Source: Oligoflexia bacterium | Lineage (GTDB): Bacteria > Bdellovibrionota_G > JALEGL01 | DNA: 64,000 nucleotides | NCBI GenBank assembly: GCA_035326705.1 | Contig: DAOLES010000001.1 | Location: 116,762 to 180,761, forward strand | Reading direction: 5' to 3' | Part shown: piece after piece, positions 58,720 to 64,000 of the stretch | Position numbering within the stretch: the first letter of the stretch is position 1 | How the letters are laid out: the number at the start of each line of letters is the position of its first letter | Translations under genes and position numbers: made by a program | The notes under the pieces: generated by a model | The model's input: only the letters and a program-made list of their open reading frames with translations | Database searches by the model: none | Told to the model about the DNA's origin: nothing

Positions 58720-59310
58720 ATGAGTCAGTTGTCATTGCTTAGTGGATTAGATTCTAATCAGTATAAAATTTTGTATTTTGATTTAGAAACCAAGAAATCA
58801 GCTGAAGAAGTAGGCGGGTGGTCAAATATTAAAGATATGGGGATGGCATGTGGTGTTTTATATGATTCTGAAGACGACCTATACCATGTTTACTTAGAAG
58901 ACCAAGTTCATGAAATGATCAAACACATAAAATCTGCGGATTTAATTGTAGGTTTTAATCATATCTATTTTGATTATAAAGTTTTAACGGCATATGATAA
59001 TTTTAATTACAATAGATTAAATAACTTTGATTTATTATTGGATATTGAAATGCTATTAGGCAGAAGATTAAAACTAGATGCCTTAGCAAAAACTACCTTA
59101 AAAAAGCAAAAAACTGCTGATGGATTACAAAGTTTACAGTGGGTTAAAGAAGGAAAAATAGATCAGGTCATCGATTACTGCAAGGCTGATGTTGAAGTAA
59201 CAAAAGATTTATTTTTATTTGGAGTTGAAAATAATTTTATTTTATACCCAGATAGAGGTCAAAAAGCTCAGCTTAACGTGAATTGGAATATTGATAAGTT
59301 GGTTAAGTAA
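58720..59310 (+). CDS. DEDDy-type 3'-5' exonuclease (DnaQ-like/RNase D-like fold)
   Basis: Exo I LYFDLET. Exo II LIVGFNHIYFDYKVL. Exo III YCKADVEVTKDLF. Confidence 0.6.
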   Translation: MSQLSLLSGLDSNQYKILYFDLETKKSAEEVGGWSNIKDMGMACGVLYDSEDDLYHVYLEDQVHEMIKHIKSADLIVGFNHIYFDYKVLTAYDNFNYNRLNNFDLLLDIEMLLGRRLKLDALAKTTLKKQKTADGLQSLQWVKEGKIDQVIDYCKADVEVTKDLFLFGVENNFILYPDRGQKAQLNVNWNIDKLVK

Positions 59311-62300
59311 TGAAAATGAAACGTTCAGTCGACATTTTTTTATTTGTAACTTTTTTGCTGGCTTTATCAGTATTTGCAAAATCAAATTCTTATTTAAATT
59401 TTCAAGAACGTCGCCAGTTATTTAAAGATGAGTTGCAGTTCAATGACTCACATGAAGTTTTACGTTATGCAAGTAGTCATTTGCATCAACATGAATATTA
59501 CTACGGCAGTAGCGGGGATCTTTTTGAGCAATTTGTTCAGTTTTTATTTCCACTGACTGGAAGAGAAAATAGGATTATGTTTATGCCACTTTCTGCTTGG
59601 GGCCCTAAAAAACCTCAGTATAAAAAATTTGATTGGCAAAGATATGAGTCTCAACACTTTGTATTTTATTATGATAAAAATGCTTACTCTTCATTTAAAA
59701 AAGCGCATGCATTTTTAGAAGATGATTTTGCACGTAACAACGAAATTTTTTCAGTTAGAAATAAGTTTTTAAAAAAGATTCCCATTATAATTTATCAGTC
59801 AAGAAAAGATTTTGAACAAACAAATATTGTAAGTGGTCCAGTGCCAGAGGGCTTAGGAGGTGTAACCGAAATTTTTTCATGGAAAAGAGCCGTATTTCCC
59901 TTTGAAGGTGAAATGTCAACTTTTGAACATGTGACCAAACATGAAGGTACGCATATCTATCAAATAGCTAAGGGAGCAAAAAACTTACCATTATGGTTTA
60001 TTGAAGGTTCTGCTGAAACTAATTCAATATACTGGGATGCTGATGCGGAACAATTTATTAGAGATGCGTATTTAAATGATCTGTTTTTTGATATTGATGA
60101 TTTATGGCAAATTCGTGGCACTTGGTTGATGTATAAAATTGGCAACTATATTTGTAATTTTATTCGTGAAAAGTACGGTGAGAGAGCTTTGCAAAAAATT
60201 TATCAAAATTCAGTTTCCTTGAATTTTAATGAAAACATTAAATTATCTTTAGGAGTGTCTTTGCAAGAACTCAATAGAATGGTGCAAGCATCATTATCTA
60301 TGAAATATGGGTATTTATATAAAAAAAATAATCCATATGACAAAGCTCTAAAAGTACAAAAGAGATCCGTTGTTTTACATGCATATAAAAACTTTTTTAT
60401 CAGTGGTAAAGGAAATGGCTCTAGTAATGCTTTATACATTAACTATATTGATGAAATGAGTAAAGTACATAAGAAAAAAATAATTTCAGATAAAAAATTA
60501 AATAGTGAATCATTGAATTATTTTAGAAAAGGGGCATGGTTGAATGAATCTAGTTTAGTTTATTCAATAAAAAATGGGTCTCATGATGAAATAAGATTAC
60601 TTAATTATACATTTGATAAAAAAAAGAAACGTTTTAAGTTTGATAAAAAACCACATTTAATTCGTTTTCAGAAGATAAGATCGATTTTTTCACCTGTAAT
60701 AGTTGGTGATAACAAAGTAGTATTTATTGGTATCAAAAACGGTTTTAGCAATATTTATCAATATAATTATATTGAGAAAAAACTTGAACAAATAACAAAA
60801 GATTCTGCACATTATTCAAATTTAGATTACTCAGCTGCTAAAAACACAATAATTTTTTCTAAAGAATTGGAGCGTTCTCAAGATAGAATTTATTATAACA
60901 GAGATATTTTTGAATATGATTTAAAAACTCAGAAAATAATACCAATTACGCAAACTTCAGATATTAGAGAAAATAATCCTAGGTATTCAATATCTGGAAC
61001 TAATATTATATTTTCATCAGATGAAGATGAAACACATAATTTATATTTGTATAACACGTTAACTAGAGCCAAACAAAAATTGACAAATCATCCTTCAGGT
61101 ATAAAAACAGCCGTTTGGTCTCAAAATGAATCATTGTTGTTAAATGTGAATAATCGGTTTGTTTCCGATATTGTGCACATGCCACTTCCTAAACCCTTTG
61201 ATATGCTTAATAATGAAATTAATTTTGATTCTTCAAAATCAATATCAGTTTTTTCAGAAAATAACGCCTATATATATTCTCCAAAAAATTTAGATGAAAA
61301 AACTACAGAAATTGAAGTTGAATTCAACTCAAATAAAAAAATTACCACTGGTAACAATAATACTTTTCTTCAGCACAATGATCAGAAATTTAAAGTTCAA
61401 AAAATTGCTGCTTTTGAAAATGAATTGTTTATTCAGGCCACAAATATAAACGATGATAAAAAAAGAATTCAGTCACTTGAAGATAAAATATTATATTTTA
61501 GGGTTAACAAAAATACCCTTGAATCTATATATGATCCAGTTATTCAAAAAGATTCGTCTTCAAAATCAATTAATCAAAAAATAAGTAAGATATTAAAAGA
61601 TAAAGTCATTATTTCAGTTTGGGAGTTTAAGGATACAGCAGATGCTTTAGTTCTTGTTAATGAAAAACTCAGTACGCAGGATAAGTCACAAAATAATAGT
61701 AAAGCGATAACAAATTTATACTCATGTGATTTGGAAAAAAATAACTGTGAAGTGTTGCGAGGGTCAAGATTAGAAAATTTTAAAAAGGATATTTTTTGGG
61801 TAGCAAAATTAGAGGGGGGCTCTTATTTGTGGACTTTATCTGAAAATAAAAATGGTCCATATGAGATTTTTTTGTATGATCATAAACTAAAAAAAACCAT
61901 AAAAGTAGGTAATGAGGTTTTAAGATTTAAAGTTGCTGAAACTCAAAACTCATTTTCTATGTTGGTAGGATCTGACTTTATTGTTTACGATTTTTCAGAG
62001 GAAAAAGGATGGACTGCAAAACAGTATGAGCCAAATGGCAGTATCATAGGGTATGATTTTTTAAAAAAATCAAATGACTTTATGATTTTAACCAGCCATA
62101 AAAAACATTTAAATATTCATTTACTTAAAAAAGATAAAACAGTTTTAAAAAAAGTAAAACATTCTATCAATAACCTTGTTCTTGCAACAATTAATAAAAA
62201 GACTGGAGATTTTGTTGTTTATGCAAAGTCTCAAAATAACTCAGAGATGATCGATAAGCTTTATTATTATGATAAAAAGACTGAAGAATTTTATGATATA

Positions 62301-63896
62301 TCTATTAGAGGCAAACTCAAAACATTTGATCAAGTTGTTTTTATTGATGATTTCTTAGTCTTTACTGGAAAGAATTTTTCTTATGAAAAGTCTGAAACAT
62401 GGGTTTGGAAAAATAAGGAAAGAAGGCAGCTTAAAAATATTATTGAAGCTAAGAGTTTAAATGATAACCAATCTTGGGTAGTGAACTTAGAAAATGATTT
62501 GTACCTTCTTCAATTTGATAATGATAAGTATAAAAAGATAGTCAGTGATAGTTTTGGTTTTGATGTACATAGTAAAAAAGTTTTTTATGCATCTACAAAC
62601 AATGAAAAATATAATATTTATCAATATGATGTTGATTTAGATAAAAATAGTTTGTTGATAGCCTCTAAAAATCATGCGTTTAAGCCTAAGTTTTTTAAAA
62701 ATAAACTCTATTATCAATCTTATGATGGTAAAGTTATTAATGTAAGAGAGTACGTTTCAGATAAGAATCAAGATTCATTAGCGTTTTCATTGAAAAAACA
62801 TCACGTTGTGATGGATGCAAGTAATGAAAATCTAAAAAGAATGCGTTTTGATTTGTTACCTTATCAAGAATCTATATATTCTGGCCCAGAGTTAACTTCA
62901 CCAAAGTCGTTTCCTATTGAAAACTCCTCCAAACCAGCAAAAGATATTTATAAGCTGCAATCTTTGTTAGCAGCGGCAGCCTATGATGGGAATAACTTTA
63001 GGATCCTTTTAAATGGTTATGTGGATAATATATTTAGTGACAAGGGAGCATTTGTAAATCTTATTTTACTTGGTGAAAATAAATTTGCTGTATTTGGAGT
63101 TTCAAACTTACGAAATGCCACTTCTGCATCTGTTTTTTATAATGACAGAGAAAATATTCAAAATTATGGAATTAACTTTAGCAAACGGTTTAATCTTGAT
63201 CGTTATAGAGCATTTAATATTTTAACTGAATTAGAAAGGCAAGTATATGGTGAATCAACACCTGACACATTAAGTTATGTTGATAGTGACGTTGAAAATA
63301 AAAGCTTTAATGTTGTAAAGCTCTCTAGTACTTATGATCACGATGTAACACTATGGGATAGACATGGTCCTATAAGTGGAAGTAGAGTGTTTTTTAGATT
63401 AAGTAGTGGTTTAGATTTAACTGAACAAAGGCTTGCTTATTACAGTGGAAATGCGGATGTTAGATTTTACAACTCAATACTAAATAAATTTAGCTTGGCA
63501 CATAGGTTGAGCGCAGGAAGCAGTCAAGGTGCTTTACCAGAAGTATATTTAGCTGGGGGAAATATATCTTTTAGAGGTGTTAATTTTGATGATTTACAAG
63601 GTCAGAATTATGCAATTTTTAGCGAAGATGTAAGGTTGCCACTATTTGATTTTATTGGGGCAAAGTTTTTTGATCCTTTAGATAGTTTTGTTGGTTTTTT
63701 AACACGCTTTTTTGATGTTAGAACAGGAGCTTTTATTGATGTGGGAGATGTTTGGTACAATAATGAAGATTTTGAGCTTATGTATGCCAGTGGATTTTTT
63801 GCTAATGTGCCTAGTTTATTAGGGGTGAATTTGAGGTTTCATTACTCAGTTTGGGGTAAGCAAGGCTTTGGTTTTTGGATTGGGAGTAATTGGTAA
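59310..63896 (+). CDS. Giant secreted chimeric protein: N-terminal HExxH peptidase (Peptidase_MA_2-like) + PD40/TolB-like beta-propeller repeats + C-terminal Omp85 (Bac_surface_Ag) outer-membrane beta-barrel
   Basis: Signal peptide MKMKRSVDIFLFVTFLLALSVFA. HEGTH…WFIEGSAE (HExxH + EGxAE). Mid-region PD40-like repeats (…IIFSSDEDETHNLYLY…). C-terminal region with Omp85 loop-6-like YLAGGNISFRGV and aromatic terminus GFGFWIGSNW. TAATG overlap with the upstream exonuclease gene. Confidence 0.65.
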   Translation: MKMKRSVDIFLFVTFLLALSVFAKSNSYLNFQERRQLFKDELQFNDSHEVLRYASSHLHQHEYYYGSSGDLFEQFVQFLFPLTGRENRIMFMPLSAWGPKKPQYKKFDWQRYESQHFVFYYDKNAYSSFKKAHAFLEDDFARNNEIFSVRNKFLKKIPIIIYQSRKDFEQTNIVSGPVPEGLGGVTEIFSWKRAVFPFEGEMSTFEHVTKHEGTHIYQIAKGAKNLPLWFIEGSAETNSIYWDADAEQFIRDAYLNDLFFDIDDLWQIRGTWLMYKIGNYICNFIREKYGERALQKIYQNSVSLNFNENIKLSLGVSLQELNRMVQASLSMKYGYLYKKNNPYDKALKVQKRSVVLHAYKNFFISGKGNGSSNALYINYIDEMSKVHKKKIISDKKLNSESLNYFRKGAWLNESSLVYSIKNGSHDEIRLLNYTFDKKKKRFKFDKKPHLIRFQKIRSIFSPVIVGDNKVVFIGIKNGFSNIYQYNYIEKKLEQITKDSAHYSNLDYSAAKNTIIFSKELERSQDRIYYNRDIFEYDLKTQKIIPITQTSDIRENNPRYSISGTNIIFSSDEDETHNLYLYNTLTRAKQKLTNHPSGIKTAVWSQNESLLLNVNNRFVSDIVHMPLPKPFDMLNNEINFDSSKSISVFSENNAYIYSPKNLDEKTTEIEVEFNSNKKITTGNNNTFLQHNDQKFKVQKIAAFENELFIQATNINDDKKRIQSLEDKILYFRVNKNTLESIYDPVIQKDSSSKSINQKISKILKDKVIISVWEFKDTADALVLVNEKLSTQDKSQNNSKAITNLYSCDLEKNNCEVLRGSRLENFKKDIFWVAKLEGGSYLWTLSENKNGPYEIFLYDHKLKKTIKVGNEVLRFKVAETQNSFSMLVGSDFIVYDFSEEKGWTAKQYEPNGSIIGYDFLKKSNDFMILTSHKKHLNIHLLKKDKTVLKKVKHSINNLVLATINKKTGDFVVYAKSQNNSEMIDKLYYYDKKTEEFYDISIRGKLKTFDQVVFIDDFLVFTGKNFSYEKSETWVWKNKERRQLKNIIEAKSLNDNQSWVVNLENDLYLLQFDNDKYKKIVSDSFGFDVHSKKVFYASTNNEKYNIYQYDVDLDKNSLLIASKNHAFKPKFFKNKLYYQSYDGKVINVREYVSDKNQDSLAFSLKKHHVVMDASNENLKRMRFDLLPYQESIYSGPELTSPKSFPIENSSKPAKDIYKLQSLLAAAAYDGNNFRILLNGYVDNIFSDKGAFVNLILLGENKFAVFGVSNLRNATSASVFYNDRENIQNYGINFSKRFNLDRYRAFNILTELERQVYGESTPDTLSYVDSDVENKSFNVVKLSSTYDHDVTLWDRHGPISGSRVFFRLSSGLDLTEQRLAYYSGNADVRFYNSILNKFSLAHRLSAGSSQGALPEVYLAGGNISFRGVNFDDLQGQNYAIFSEDVRLPLFDFIGAKFFDPLDSFVGFLTRFFDVRTGAFIDVGDVWYNNEDFELMYASGFFANVPSLLGVNLRFHYSVWGKQGFGFWIGSNW

Positions 63897-63901
63897 CTGT
63901 T

Positions 63902-64000
63902 ATGGATCCTAAAAAATTGGATTACTATTATAAGAAAGCCAAGCAAGAGGGACATGTAGCCCGTTCAGTTTATAAATTGGAAGAGATAGATCAGAAATTT
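63902..64000 (+). CDS. rlmE: 23S rRNA 2'-O-ribose methyltransferase RlmE/FtsJ, 3'-partial at window edge
   Basis: YYKKAKQEGHVARSVYKLEEIDQKF matches the FtsJ N-terminus (…KKAKKEGYRSRAAFKLxELD…). Confidence 0.55.
   Translation, partial: MDPKKLDYYYKKAKQEGHVARSVYKLEEIDQKF

Noticed and set aside
58210-60439. ORFs 58210-58470 (-), 59960-60145 (-) and 60203-60439 (-)
   Set aside because: Antisense to the TPR lipoprotein gene and the giant Omp85-peptidase gene.
1-64000. Searched for CRISPR arrays, rRNA/tRNA genes, integrase/transposase genes and prophage blocks
   Set aside because: No regularly spaced direct repeats, no tRNA-like GC-rich cloverleaf candidates in the intergenic spacers, and no recombinase-like ORFs were found. 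The GC-rich patch at 29170-29235 was examined as a possible tRNA fragment but lacks T-loop/acceptor features.

Overview
This is an AT-rich, densely coding chromosomal window of about 55 protein genes. I found no rRNA, tRNA, CRISPR array or transposase/integrase. The organism is Gram-negative (TolC-like, Omp85-type barrel, lipoproteins, RND pump) and looks host-associated or salvage-dependent. Evidence for that: a Mip-like FKBP lipoprotein, a Hanks-type Ser/Thr kinase, an SLC12-like transporter, a Pif1-family helicase, a HipBA module, and a nucleoside-salvage block (NupC, secreted deaminase, PNP, HPRT). Housekeeping content includes an Rrf2-regulated sufBCDS-sufT Fe-S operon, pepP (5' partial), malic enzyme, class I aldolase fbaB, rpsD, rlmD, rlmE (3' partial), a class A PBP and an acyl-CoA dehydrogenase. 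TTG/GTG starts are used repeatedly. The main hunting results are: (1) a 1528-aa secreted protein fusing an HExxH peptidase (Peptidase_MA_2-like) and a PD40/TolB-like beta-propeller to a C-terminal Omp85 barrel with an RGV/RGF loop-6 motif, an architecture reminiscent of type Vd secretion but with an unprecedented passenger; (2) a compact minus-strand operon of amino-acid-kinase-like, PurD-like ATP-grasp and alanine-racemase-like genes plus NhaC-family and DedA membrane proteins, divergent from a DUF482/FemAB-like acyltransferase; (3) an identical 38-nt bidirectional terminator hairpin at two convergent gene junctions; and (4) a Sec-signal-bearing cytidine/deoxycytidylate-deaminase-fold protein inside the nucleoside salvage locus. 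All family calls come from motif recognition by eye. No database search was run.
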